64,000 nt of DNA. It comes from Candidatus Binatia bacterium. Its GTDB lineage: Bacteria > Desulfobacterota > Binatia > UBA9968 > JAJDTQ01. The notes below the pieces were generated by a model. It was not told where the DNA came from. It worked only from the letters and a program-made list of their open reading frames with translations, and ran no database searches. This document shows, in pieces, positions 12,295 to 21,548 of the stretch (the first letter of the stretch is position 1; each line of letters opens with the position of its first letter). A program made the position numbers and the translations under genes. The stretch covers positions 4,512,001 to 4,576,000 of the forward strand of contig OY762897.2 of assembly GCA_963666515.2 (NCBI GenBank). The letters run 5' to 3'.

Positions 12295-12783
12295 ATGGCG
12301 ATACCGGAACGCTACAACACGGGCTACAACGTCGGCGTGGGCGGAGCGGTGGTGCGGGACGGACGGCTGCTGTTCGTGCGGCGCGCGTCGCGCCGAGGGC
12401 GCGGCAACTGGCAGGTGCCCGGCGGCTTCATCGAGCCGGACGAGACCATCGAGGCGGCCGTGGTCCGGGAAGTGGCCGAGGAAGCCGGCGTGGAGGCGGA
12501 GGTGGAGGGGGTGCTGGGCGTGCGCAGCCGCTACGATGCCGAGTCCGGCAACAGCCTCTACGTGGTGCTGCTGCTCCGGGGCCTCACCGCGGAGCCCACG
12601 CCCGACGGGAGGGAGGTGGACCGGGCGGTCTACCTTTCGCTGGAGGAGATCCGCGCGCTGGACCCGCTGCCGCAGACCAACTGGGAGGTCGCGCAAAGCG
12701 CCTTGGCGCCCGTGCCGCGGCTGCTGACGCCCAAGACGGTGTCGAACCAGCGGGGCCAGGTCTTCAACCTCTTCATCGGATAA
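12295..12783 (+). CDS. NUDIX hydrolase
   Basis: Nudix box GGFIEPDETIEAAVVREVAEEAG; AAGGA SD before ATG 12295. Confidence 0.9.
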   Translation: MAIPERYNTGYNVGVGGAVVRDGRLLFVRRASRRGRGNWQVPGGFIEPDETIEAAVVREVAEEAGVEAEVEGVLGVRSRYDAESGNSLYVVLLLRGLTAEPTPDGREVDRAVYLSLEEIRALDPLPQTNWEVAQSALAPVPRLLTPKTVSNQRGQVFNLFIG

Positions 12784-12834
12784 CCGTTCGCCCTGAGCGT
12801 GGCTCCGCGCCAGCGGAGCGAAGTCGAAGGGCGC
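12782..12834. repeat. REP-like palindrome family A, copy 2
   Basis: AACCGTTCGCCCTGAGCGTGG...GCGGAGCGAAGTCGAAGGGCGC; compensatory change (CCCT/AGGG versus TCCT/AGGA) relative to copy 1. Confidence 0.85.
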
Positions 12835-12911
12835 CGTCCCGCGGAGCCGCATCGTGTCGTCCGCGGCGAAATGTTTGCAAGTCCCCACCCCCCATGTTAC
12901 ACGAAAACCCC

Positions 12912-13937
12912 ATGAACAACGTGGAACCGAGGTACGCGGATCTCGCGGAAAAGTCGCTCGCCGGGGAGCTTCTGTCCCCCGCGGAAATGAAGTCGGTCAT
13001 CCACGGCGCCGACGAGAGGCTGCCGGAATTGCTCGAGGCCGCGTTCCGGGTCCGCCACCACTATTACGGCAAGAAGGTGCAGATCCACGTGCTCATGAAC
13101 GCCAAGAGCGGGCTCTGCCCCGAGGACTGCGGCTATTGCTCGCAGTCGTCGGTATCCGGCGCCGAGATCGACAAGTACCCGTTCCTTGCCAAGGAGGAGC
13201 TGGTGGACGCCGCCATGAGGGCCAGGGAGGCGGGCGCCATGCGCTTCTGCCTGGTCAACAGCGGCCGAGGCCCCACGCTCAAGGAAACCGAGAAGATGGC
13301 CGAGGCCGTGGCCGAGATCAAGAGCAAGGTGCCCATCAACATCTGCGCCTGCATGGGGCTGCTCACCGAGTCCAAGGCGCGCATCCTCAAGGACGCCGGC
13401 GTCGAGCGCATCAACCACAACCTGAACACCAGCAGCCGCTATCACCCGGAGGTCGTCTCCACCCACACCTACGACGACCGGGTGGCGACCCTGGAGAGCG
13501 TCAAGGCCGCGGGCCTGTCCACCTGCTGCGGCGGCATCATCGGCCTGGGCGAGCAGGACGACGACGTCATGGACCTGGCGGTGTCGCTGCGGGAGCTGGA
13601 CGTGGACTCCATCCCGGTCAACTTCCTGCACGCCATCCCCGGGACCCCCATGGAGGGGCGTTCGAACCTGACGCCGCAGTACTGCCTCAAGGTCCTGTGC
13701 CTGTTCCGCTTCGTCAACCCCAGCAAGGAGATCCGCGTGGCCGGCGGCCGGGAGGTCAACCTGCGCTCATTGCAGCCGCTGAGCCTCTACCCGGCCAACT
13801 CCATCTTCGTCAACGGCTACCTGACCACGTCCGGCCAGGCCGCCTCCGACGCCCACCGGATGATCGAGGACCTGGGCTTCGAGATCGAGACCGCAGAGCA
13901 GGAAGAGCTGCCGGAGCGGCAGCAGAGCATCGCTTAG
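12912..13937 (+). CDS. bioB: Biotin synthase
   Basis: Radical [14 protein letters not shown]; [24 protein letters not shown] and RVAGGRE motifs. Confidence 0.96.
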   Translation: MNNVEPRYADLAEKSLAGELLSPAEMKSVIHGADERLPELLEAAFRVRHHYYGKKVQIHVLMNAKSGLCPEDCGYCSQSSVSGAEIDKYPFLAKEELVDAAMRAREAGAMRFCLVNSGRGPTLKETEKMAEAVAEIKSKVPINICACMGLLTESKARILKDAGVERINHNLNTSSRYHPEVVSTHTYDDRVATLESVKAAGLSTCCGGIIGLGEQDDDVMDLAVSLRELDVDSIPVNFLHAIPGTPMEGRSNLTPQYCLKVLCLFRFVNPSKEIRVAGGREVNLRSLQPLSLYPANSIFVNGYLTTSGQAASDAHRMIEDLGFEIETAEQEELPERQQSIA

Positions 13938-13972
13938 CCGCCTGCCGAAGGTCACTAAAGGGAGAACGTTCC

Positions 13973-14179
13973 GTGGCACGAATTACCGTCGAAGATTGCC
14001 TCAACGAAGTTACCAACCGCTTCAAGCTGGTGATGCTCGGCTCCCAGCGCACCAAGCAGCTCCTCAAGGGCGCCAAGCCGCTCGTAGACGCCGACAACCG
14101 CGAGATCGTCGTAGCCCTGCGCGAGATCGCCGCGGGGAAGGTGCGGGAGGCACAGCCCGAGGTGCCCGACACCGAGTGA
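13973..14179 (+). CDS. rpoZ: RNA polymerase omega subunit
   Basis: GTG start, [17 protein letters not shown]...[12 protein letters not shown]. Confidence 0.95.
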   Translation: MARITVEDCLNEVTNRFKLVMLGSQRTKQLLKGAKPLVDADNREIVVALREIAAGKVREAQPEVPDTE

Positions 14180-14233
14180 TCTTGCCGGCCCAGTGTCGCG
14201 CTTTAGCCGGTTCCCGCGCGCGGGAGACGAGCC

Positions 14234-15451
14234 GTGGCGGTCACCTACTCCGATCGCGAACTCGAAGCCATGCTGGCGGACATGGAGTCCGACTTGGTGG
14301 AGTGCAAGGAGTCGTTGAGAGGAGACAGTCTCGGCCGCATTCGTGAAGCGGTTTGCGCTTTCGCCAACGACCTTCCCGACCACCAACGCGCCGGAGTAGC
14401 GTTCGTAGGGGTGGCCGACAACGGTAGCCCCGTCGGTCTCCCGATCTCGGATGAACTGCTACGCCAACTCGCCGACATCAAGACCGACGGCAACATCGTG
14501 CCGCCGCCAACCCTGACAGTCGAGAAGCGTGTGCTCCGCGGGCAGTCGGTGGCCGTGGTGACCGTCCAGCCTGCCGACGCGCCGCCGGTGCGCTATCGGG
14601 GGCGTATCTGGATTCGCGTCGGATCTCGCCGGGATGTCGCCAGCGCACAGGATGAACGAATACTCAACGAGAAGCGCCGCTATCGCGACCCCCACTACGA
14701 CGCCCGTCCGGTACGTGACGCCACGCTCGCCGACTTGAAGGTCGCGTATTTCGAGCACGAGTACCTTCCGGCAGCGGTCGACGCCGAGGAACTCGCCGCC
14801 AATGATCGGACCACGGAGGAACGCCTGGCTGCCGCGAAGATGATCGTGGCTGTCGAAGATCCCGTGCCGACCGTGGCCGGCATCCTGGTGCTGGGCAAAC
14901 GCCCGCAGGACTTTATTCCCGGCGCCTACGCGCAATTCCTACGAGTCGCGGGGAACGAATGGGGCGACGAGGTCGTTGACGAAGCTCGTAGCGAAGGACC
15001 GATCGGAGACGTCGTCCGGCGCGTGGACGACAAGATCATCGCCCACAACCGCACCGCCGTGGATTTTCTCTCCGGCCCGGTGGAAACGCGCACCTCGACC
15101 TATCCTCTGGGGGCTCTGCAACAACTGGTTCGCAACGCGGTCATGCACCGGACCTACGAGGGCACGAACGCACCCGTGCGCGTCTACTGGTTCGACGACC
15201 GCATCGAGATCATCAGTCCCGGCGGCCCGTATGGCGCGGTCAACGCCGAGAACTTCGGGCAGCCCGGCGCGGTGGACTATCGCAACCCCATCCTTGCGGA
15301 AGCGATGAGGGTTACCGGTCTGGTGCAACGGTACGGGTTCGGCATACCGGCCGCGCGACGGGATTTGCGGAACAACGGGCAAGAGGGACCGGAGTTTCGA
15401 GTGGAACCGACCGCGGTCTTTTGCACGGTCAGGGCCAGGAAGGGACCATGA
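14234..15451 (+). CDS. AlbA_2 (Schlafen-like) plus HATPase_c_4 (RecG C-terminal-like) domain protein
   Basis: ESDLVECK...VCAFAN...FVGVADNG N-terminus; NAVMHRTY, DRIEIISPGG, YRNPILAE and GFGI C-terminus. Confidence 0.85.
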   Translation: MAVTYSDRELEAMLADMESDLVECKESLRGDSLGRIREAVCAFANDLPDHQRAGVAFVGVADNGSPVGLPISDELLRQLADIKTDGNIVPPPTLTVEKRVLRGQSVAVVTVQPADAPPVRYRGRIWIRVGSRRDVASAQDERILNEKRRYRDPHYDARPVRDATLADLKVAYFEHEYLPAAVDAEELAANDRTTEERLAAAKMIVAVEDPVPTVAGILVLGKRPQDFIPGAYAQFLRVAGNEWGDEVVDEARSEGPIGDVVRRVDDKIIAHNRTAVDFLSGPVETRTSTYPLGALQQLVRNAVMHRTYEGTNAPVRVYWFDDRIEIISPGGPYGAVNAENFGQPGAVDYRNPILAEAMRVTGLVQRYGFGIPAARRDLRNNGQEGPEFRVEPTAVFCTVRARKGP

Positions 15452-16053
15452 AGCAGAAAACGGCTCTTCAGTTCAGAATAGAACTCATGGGTATCACGCC
15501 GATGATATGGCGACGTATTGAGGTGCCATCGACCTACAGTTTCTGGGATCTGCATGTCGCCATACAGGACTCGATGGGATGGTTGGACTATCACCTACAC
15601 GAGTTCAGCATCGACCCGCGACGCAACGCGAAGCCGATTTCGATCGGTCTTCCAGAGGGCGAGCTCGACACCGAATTCCTGCCGGGTTGGGATGTGCCGG
15701 TTTCGCGTTACCTTGGCGAGCCCGGTGACGAGTGCCTGTATATGTACGACTTCGGCGACGGCTGGGAGCACCGTGTGGCGTTGGAAGATATCCACCCACA
15801 GCAGCGCGGCGTGAAGTACCCCGTTTGCACCGACGGCGAACGAGCGTGTCCGCCGGAGGATTGCGGCGGAATCGGGGGATACTACAATCTCCTGGAGATA
15901 CTCGCCGACCCCGAGCATGAAGAGTACGAGAGCATGGTTTCCTGGCTGAACGAGCACGCCCGGAACTACTGGCCCCATGACCCGGCGCGTTTCGAGCGCA
16001 GCGAAGTGAAGTTCGACAATCCCAAGAAAAGGCTGAAGTTCGTGACCGGGTGA
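15448..16053 (+). CDS. Plasmid pRiA4b ORF-3 family protein
   Basis: IWRRIEVP, LHVAIQDSMGW...HLHEF, YMYDFGDGWEH and ACPPEDCGG motifs. Confidence 0.9.
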   Translation: MKQKTALQFRIELMGITPMIWRRIEVPSTYSFWDLHVAIQDSMGWLDYHLHEFSIDPRRNAKPISIGLPEGELDTEFLPGWDVPVSRYLGEPGDECLYMYDFGDGWEHRVALEDIHPQQRGVKYPVCTDGERACPPEDCGGIGGYYNLLEILADPEHEEYESMVSWLNEHARNYWPHDPARFERSEVKFDNPKKRLKFVTG

Positions 16054-16082
16054 TTCTCGGATTTTGCTGGAAATTTGATCTG

Positions 16083-16745
16083 ATGGAAGACGCAACCATC
16101 CTCGAAACGCGACTGGCTGATGTGACGGCAGAGAAGTACCGGAGCAAGGGATACGTTGTGTCCCGCGATGAATTGCTGGACGTCCTGCCCGGTTTCCGCG
16201 CGGACTTGGTCGCCCGGAAAGGCGACGAGGTAAAGGTGATAGAGGTAAAGTGCCGGTCTACGCTGACAGCCAGTCCCCAAGTGAGCGAGGTGGCGCACCT
16301 GCTCAACACAAAACCCGGGTGGAACTTCGAGTTGATTCTGGTAGGTCAACCTGAGGAACTGGAGTCACCTCACGGCGCAAGGTCGATGGAAGGAGACAGC
16401 ATCCTTCAGCAGATCGAACAGGCCGAGAAAGTCCTTGAAACAGGTTTCCCTGCGGCTGCGTTCCTGCTGGCCTGGTCGGCCCTCGAAGCCATGTTGAGAG
16501 CGATGATCGAGGAAGATGGGGTCTCGATCAAACGGGTCACGACGTCAGGTTACGTTCTCACCATGGCAGTCATTCACGGTGCGATCTCGAGGGACGCCTA
16601 TAAGCACTTGGCCGGCATGATGAAATACCGCAACGCGATTGCCCATGGGTTCAGCGTCGACGAGTTCGACGCCGATCTCGTAAGAGACCTGATCAAGACC
16701 ACTAGGCATTTCCTGGTTTCCGATGCTCGCCGGAGATTGAGTTAA
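16083..16745 (+). CDS. PD-(D/E)xK REase-like domain fused to a HEPN domain
   Basis: Y...GY.V...ADLVARK...IEVK N-terminus; AAFLLAWSALE and Rx4H motif RNAIAH in the C-terminus. Confidence 0.75.
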   Translation: MEDATILETRLADVTAEKYRSKGYVVSRDELLDVLPGFRADLVARKGDEVKVIEVKCRSTLTASPQVSEVAHLLNTKPGWNFELILVGQPEELESPHGARSMEGDSILQQIEQAEKVLETGFPAAAFLLAWSALEAMLRAMIEEDGVSIKRVTTSGYVLTMAVIHGAISRDAYKHLAGMMKYRNAIAHGFSVDEFDADLVRDLIKTTRHFLVSDARRRLS

Positions 16746-16827
16746 CGGGACTCTGGCGGCATGATGATCTTACGTTCGGAATACACCTCATCCGTGCCGC
16801 CTACTTGTCCAACAGACCGGGACCACT

Positions 16828-17085
16828 TCAAGTCGAACCTTCGCTGACGACGTGATGGTTGGTGACGATTTGCCCATCGCGGTTGATGACAAAGCCGGTG
16901 CCGCCAACCAGACCCTTTGCGGTCTCGGTCACCACGCGGACCAGCGCCTCATCCAGCATTTTGACGTCCGGCGCCGGGTGCGCCGGCTGAGGAGCCAACA
17001 GCAGCAGAAGAACGATGCCAAGCTTCAGGCCCCTGACCGAGGAGTGAGGATCGGAACAGGTGATTTCTGGCTGGATTGATTGCAA
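16828..17085 (-). pseudogene. Truncated trypsin-like serine protease (N-terminal fragment)
   Basis: Hydrophobic signal-like segment then GTGFVIN.DG.IVTNHHVV, ending at a stop before the Asp/Ser catalytic motifs. Confidence 0.7.
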
Positions 17086-17130
17086 CGCCTTGCCGGTTCT
17101 CTCGGGAACCGCCGAGTTGCGGCTACCGGG

Positions 17131-18159
17131 TCAGGCCCTCTGCGGCTCGATGATGACCTTCAGCGAATCCCTGGCGTTGGCGACGAGTTGAAAGCCCTTC
17201 CCCGTTTCGGCGAGGGAGAGACGGTGGGTAACGAGTTCGTCCACGCTGACCTTGCCGGTCGCCAGAAGATCCACCGCATCCTTCAGGTCCTGCGGGCTTG
17301 CGCCATAGGAGGTGACGAGGCCGATCTCGTCGCGCCACATCTCGTACAGCGGCATGGGCACCTCGTGCCCTGCGGGAGTGGAGGCGAAGAAGAGGAGCTT
17401 GCCGCCGCGCTCGACGCTCTGGAACGCCTGGCGAATGGCCGAGGCGGCGCCCGTGCACACGATGACGAGGTCCGCCAGCCGTCCGCCGCAGGCTTCGCGC
17501 ATCCGCGCCGGCACGTCCTCGGTGGCGTGGAAGGTGTGGTGTGCGCCCAAGGAGCGCGCCAGGCGCAGGCGTTCGTCGTTGATGTCGGTGGCGACCAGGG
17601 TCCTGGCGCGGCGGCTCCGGGCCACCTGCACGTGCAGCAGGCCGGCGATGCCGGCGCCGATGACCAGCACGTTTTCCTGCATCGGCGCGCGGGCGTGGTC
17701 CTGCGCCCGGACCACGCAACCCAGCGGCTCAACGAAGGAGCCTTGCTCGAAGGAAAGCGTGTCAGGAAGCAAGAAGGTGCCGGCGTCCACGTTGACCTTG
17801 GGCAGCCGCAGGTACTCGGCGAAACCGCCGGGGTCGAAGTGGGTCTCGCGCATGAGCTGACACACCGAGGCGTGGCCAGAGCGGCAGTGGTGGCAGTCGT
17901 TGCAGGGCACGTGGTGGGTGGTGACGATGCGGTCTCCGGGCGTGAAGCCGGTGACGCCGGCGCCCACCTCGGTCACCTCCCCGGTGACCTCGTGGCCGAG
18001 CACCCTGGGTGCCTGTTTGCGCCGATACCATTCCAGCACGTCGGTGCCGCAGATGCCGCTGGCCTGCACCCGCATCAGCAACTCGCCGGGGCCGGCCTTG
18101 GGAACCGGCAGCTCCTCCAACCGGACGTCGTCGTTGCTGTAGTACATCGCGACGCGCAT
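17131..18159 (-). CDS. Zinc-dependent alcohol/polyol dehydrogenase (MDR)
   Basis: GICGTD, GHE, CNDCHHCRSGHASVC and GAGIAG motifs. Confidence 0.92.
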   Translation of the reverse strand: MRVAMYYSNDDVRLEELPVPKAGPGELLMRVQASGICGTDVLEWYRRKQAPRVLGHEVTGEVTEVGAGVTGFTPGDRIVTTHHVPCNDCHHCRSGHASVCQLMRETHFDPGGFAEYLRLPKVNVDAGTFLLPDTLSFEQGSFVEPLGCVVRAQDHARAPMQENVLVIGAGIAGLLHVQVARSRRARTLVATDINDERLRLARSLGAHHTFHATEDVPARMREACGGRLADLVIVCTGAASAIRQAFQSVERGGKLLFFASTPAGHEVPMPLYEMWRDEIGLVTSYGASPQDLKDAVDLLATGKVSVDELVTHRLSLAETGKGFQLVANARDSLKVIIEPQRA

Positions 18160-18265
18160 GGCTCGTTCCTGAAGGCTGGCGGGATGGAAGGCGCCGGTCG
18201 GGAAGGGTGGCGCAGGCCACGGGCGGTCTGCGCCACTCGAACCGCCGGCAAGGCGCGCGTGCCCG

Positions 18266-19069
18266 CTAACCGGCCGCGCGTTCAGCCGCCGACGGTCTCG
18301 ACGCCTCGTATATCCGGTAGGCTTCCTCGACCGAGGCGCCGCCGTGGACGATGGCCCGCACCGCCTGGATCATCCCCGCGGGGCTGTCCGACTGGAAGAT
18401 GTTCCGGCCCATGTCGACACCCACCGCGCCGTGGTCCACGGCGTTTTTGGTAAGCTCCAGGGCCTCCATCTCCGGGGTCTTCTTGCCGCCGGCCACGATG
18501 ACCGGAATCGGGCAACTGTTGATCAGATTCTCGAAGCCCTCACAATAGTAGGTCTTGACGATATGGGCGCCCAACTCGGCCGCGATGCGGCACGAAAGAC
18601 TCAGATAGCGCTCGTCCCGCGCCATGTTCGTGCCCACCGCGGTGACGGCCAGCACGGGAATGCCGTACCGCTCGCCCTCGTCCACCAGCTTGGCCAAGCT
18701 CACCAGCGTCTCCTTCTCGAACTCCGAGCCCACGAAGATCGACAGCGCCATGGCCGAGACGTTGAGCCGGATGGCGTCCTCGATGGACACGGTGACGTCC
18801 TCGTTGGAAAGCTCTTTCAGGATGCTGGTGCCGCCCGACACGCGCAGCACCACCGGCGCCTGCATGTCGGCGTCCACCGCGTTGCGCAGCACGCCCCGGG
18901 TGAGCATGATGGCGTCCGCATGGGGCAGCAGCGGCTCGATGGTCTCCCGCGGCTGCTCCAGCCCGCTGGTGGGGCCCAGGAAGTAGCCGTGATCCACGGC
19001 CAGCATCACGCAACGCCCGTCATCCGGCTGGATGATGCGCGCCATTCTGTTCTCCATACCCCAGTGCAT
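18266..19069 (-). CDS. lsrF: LsrF-family class I aldolase/thiolase
   Basis: MHWGMENRM, AVDHGYFLGPTSGLE, VKTYY, AGGKK and GVDMGRNIFQ motifs. Confidence 0.85.
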   Translation of the reverse strand: MHWGMENRMARIIQPDDGRCVMLAVDHGYFLGPTSGLEQPRETIEPLLPHADAIMLTRGVLRNAVDADMQAPVVLRVSGGTSILKELSNEDVTVSIEDAIRLNVSAMALSIFVGSEFEKETLVSLAKLVDEGERYGIPVLAVTAVGTNMARDERYLSLSCRIAAELGAHIVKTYYCEGFENLINSCPIPVIVAGGKKTPEMEALELTKNAVDHGAVGVDMGRNIFQSDSPAGMIQAVRAIVHGGASVEEAYRIYEASRPSAAERAAG

Positions 19070-19172
19070 ATGATCCCTCCTGCTTCCAGGCTTCTGGTTT
19101 GGATTCCGTCCGAACTGAGAAACGACCTATCACATACCGCGGCGAGCCGCGAGTCCGTGCCGCTGCGGATGC

Positions 19173-19502
19173 CTATCCGGCAATGCCGAGGAACAGCAGA
19201 ATGGCGCGGTCTATTCGTCGCATATCCGCGGCGGAGAGAGAACCGATGCGTCGGCTCAGGCGTTCCCGGCGGACGGTCGTGATCTTGTCGACCATGACGC
19301 GACAGACCTCGCGCAAGCCGTTCTCGGGGCCGGGCAGGAGATCCGTCCGAAACAGCGGTGCATCGGTCGGATCGCTGGTCAACGTGCAGACGGTCACGGA
19401 ACTCAAGTGTTCGAAATGGTCGTTCTGAAGGATTACGACGGGCCTGGGCTTGCCGGTATAGTCGCCCCCTCCCGCTACCACCCACAACTCACCCCGTTTC
19501 AC
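19173..19502 (-). CDS. mazF: Type II TA toxin, PemK/MazF family
   Basis: MKRGELW.VAGGGDYTGKPRPVVILQ; MVDKITTV. Confidence 0.9.
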   Translation of the reverse strand: MKRGELWVVAGGGDYTGKPRPVVILQNDHFEHLSSVTVCTLTSDPTDAPLFRTDLLPGPENGLREVCRVMVDKITTVRRERLSRRIGSLSAADMRRIDRAILLFLGIAG

Positions 19503-19726
19503 CGGGAGTCCATCTCGCTGACGGCATCGATGAAGGCCTGATCGGCCTCGGCGTATTCACTACCGGCCACTGCCAGTGACTGTTTCCACGCCTCCTCCGA
19601 GAAGCCCTGCAAACGGGTGTCGGGCACCCATATCTGCAAGGGCCGGAGGCCCTGCTCGCGCAATCGGCTGCGATGCCGACGAACCTTGTCGTCTACCGTC
19701 TCAGAAGTCTTGGAATATCTTCTCAC
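19499..19726 (-). CDS. MazE-like antitoxin (DUF3018 type)
   Basis: KVRRHRSRLREQGLRPLQIWVPDTR...QSLAVA...DQAFIDAVS; overlaps the toxin start. Confidence 0.85.
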   Translation of the reverse strand: MRRYSKTSETVDDKVRRHRSRLREQGLRPLQIWVPDTRLQGFSEEAWKQSLAVAGSEYAEADQAFIDAVSEMDSR

Positions 19727-19742
19727 GAGCGATTCCTCCCAT

Positions 19743-19756
19743 GGTTACATGTAACC
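19743..19756. promoter_or_regulatory. Putative TA operator palindrome
   Basis: Perfect 14-bp palindrome GGTTACATGTAACC just upstream of the antitoxin SD. Confidence 0.65.
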
Positions 19757-19856
19757 TACGCCTCTTGATTCCGCGACGCAAGACGCCAAGGGGCGTCGGG
19801 TCTGTGCCGTTGCCGTCAAGTTGACAGGTATAGGCCTTTCGGTTACGCAGGGGTCC

Positions 19857-20738
19857 GTGAGTACCCTTCCCGACCTTCCGCCAGGCGTGAGCCGGCACTA
19901 CGTTCAGGTGGGCCAGATCCGCACCCATTACCTCGAAGCGGGCGCCGGCCGCGGTCCCACGGTGGTGCTGATCCACAGCGGCGAGTTCGGCGGCCGGGCC
20001 GAGTTCAGTTGGCGCTACAACATCGCGCAGTTGGGTGAGCATTTCCACGTCTACGCGCCGGACCTTGCCGGCTTCGGACGCACCGATCTCATCTACAGCT
20101 TCAGCGATGCGGTGGGCTTCCGGCTCAAGCACGTCGACGGGTTCCTTCGGACCATGTGCCTCGGTCCGGTGCACCTCATCGGTAATTCCTTTGGCGGCGG
20201 CTTCTGCCTGCAGATGGCGACGGACCCGCGCTTCGACGTGGCCTCGGTGATCGCCGTGAGCGGCGGCGGCAAGGCGCCGGACAACGACGAACGCAAGATA
20301 CTCACCGGCTACACCGGCGAGCGGGAGCAGATGCGCGACATCCTGCGCGTGTGCTTCTACAACGAACGCTGGTGGGCCGACGACGTGGTGGAGGAACGCT
20401 GGCAGGCCAGCCTGGAACCCGGGGTGTGGGAGGCGTGCGCTGCCGCGCGGCTGGCGCCTTCGGGACAGCCTCGCGGCTTCCGGCCGGTGCGGCCCGACTA
20501 CGGCCAGATCCGCTGCCCGGTGCTGATCGTGGCCGGGGCCCAGGATCCGCTGCGGTTCCCGACCTACGCCACCGACCTTCAGGCCGAGATACCGGGATCC
20601 GAGGTGAAGGTGTTCGAAAACTCGCGGCACTGCTCCCACGCGGAGCACCCCGAGGAGTTCAACGCTTTGGCCATCGATTTCATCAAGCGGCACGCGGGCG
20701 ATGCACAGGGTCACGCGGGGGAGGCGCAGGGTTCATGA
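19857..20738 (+). CDS. Alpha/beta hydrolase (meta-cleavage hydrolase-like)
   Basis: VVLIHSG, APDLAGFG, nucleophile elbow GNSFGG, GAQD and C-terminal His. Confidence 0.88.
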   Translation: MSTLPDLPPGVSRHYVQVGQIRTHYLEAGAGRGPTVVLIHSGEFGGRAEFSWRYNIAQLGEHFHVYAPDLAGFGRTDLIYSFSDAVGFRLKHVDGFLRTMCLGPVHLIGNSFGGGFCLQMATDPRFDVASVIAVSGGGKAPDNDERKILTGYTGEREQMRDILRVCFYNERWWADDVVEERWQASLEPGVWEACAAARLAPSGQPRGFRPVRPDYGQIRCPVLIVAGAQDPLRFPTYATDLQAEIPGSEVKVFENSRHCSHAEHPEEFNALAIDFIKRHAGDAQGHAGEAQGS

Positions 20739-21526
20739 CGTGGGTCTCCGAGACCATGCAGGTCGATGGCGTGAAGCTGGGAGTGCGCCGGCACGGGGAG
20801 GGCGCCCCGGTGGTGATCCTCTACGGCGACCAGCTCGAGACGCCGGCGCCGCCGTTCGACGAGGCGCTGGCCGGGCGTTTCCAGGCCGTGGTGCCGTCCC
20901 TGCCCGGGGTGAACCGGTCGGAGTTGCCCGACTGGATCGACACCATGGAGGACCTCGCCTTCCTGGGGCTCGACCTTGTCGAGGGCCTGGACGCGGGTCC
21001 GGTGGACGTCGTCGCCCACGGTTTCGGCGGCTGGGTGGCGGCGGAGATGGCGGTGCGCGCGCACCAGCAGATCCGGCGCCTGGCGCTGATCGATTCCGTG
21101 GGCATCAAGGTTTCGGCTCCCACCGTGCGCGACGTGCAGGACGTCTATATCTACACGGTCCAGGAAGTCGCCGAGCTGGCATGGCACGACCCCGCGGCTG
21201 CCAAGGCGCTCCGGTGGCCGGGCATGGAGGGCGTGGAGGGCGACGAGCTGCTCACGCTGCTGCGCAACCGCCAGTCGGTGCTCAAGTTCGCCTGGCGTCC
21301 CTTCATGTACAACCCCAAGCTGCTGCGGCGATTGGCCCGGGTGCGAGTCCCGACGCACCTGTTCTGGGGCGAGAGCGACCGGGTGGTGACCCCGGACTAC
21401 GGGCGTGCGCTCCAGGAGGCCATTCCCGGCGCCGGCTTCACGGCGATACCCGCCGCCGGCCACTACCCGCAGTGGGAGCAGCCGGACGCCTTGGCCCGGG
21501 CGGTCACGGAGTTCCTGGAGAGTTAG
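20735..21526 (+). CDS. Alpha/beta hydrolase-fold protein lacking the catalytic Ser
   Basis: Elbow reads AHGFGG; WGESD and AGHYPQWEQP retained. Confidence 0.8.
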   Translation: MTWVSETMQVDGVKLGVRRHGEGAPVVILYGDQLETPAPPFDEALAGRFQAVVPSLPGVNRSELPDWIDTMEDLAFLGLDLVEGLDAGPVDVVAHGFGGWVAAEMAVRAHQQIRRLALIDSVGIKVSAPTVRDVQDVYIYTVQEVAELAWHDPAAAKALRWPGMEGVEGDELLTLLRNRQSVLKFAWRPFMYNPKLLRRLARVRVPTHLFWGESDRVVTPDYGRALQEAIPGAGFTAIPAAGHYPQWEQPDALARAVTEFLES

Positions 21527-21548
21527 AGAGCCAAAGGAGGATCGGGAG

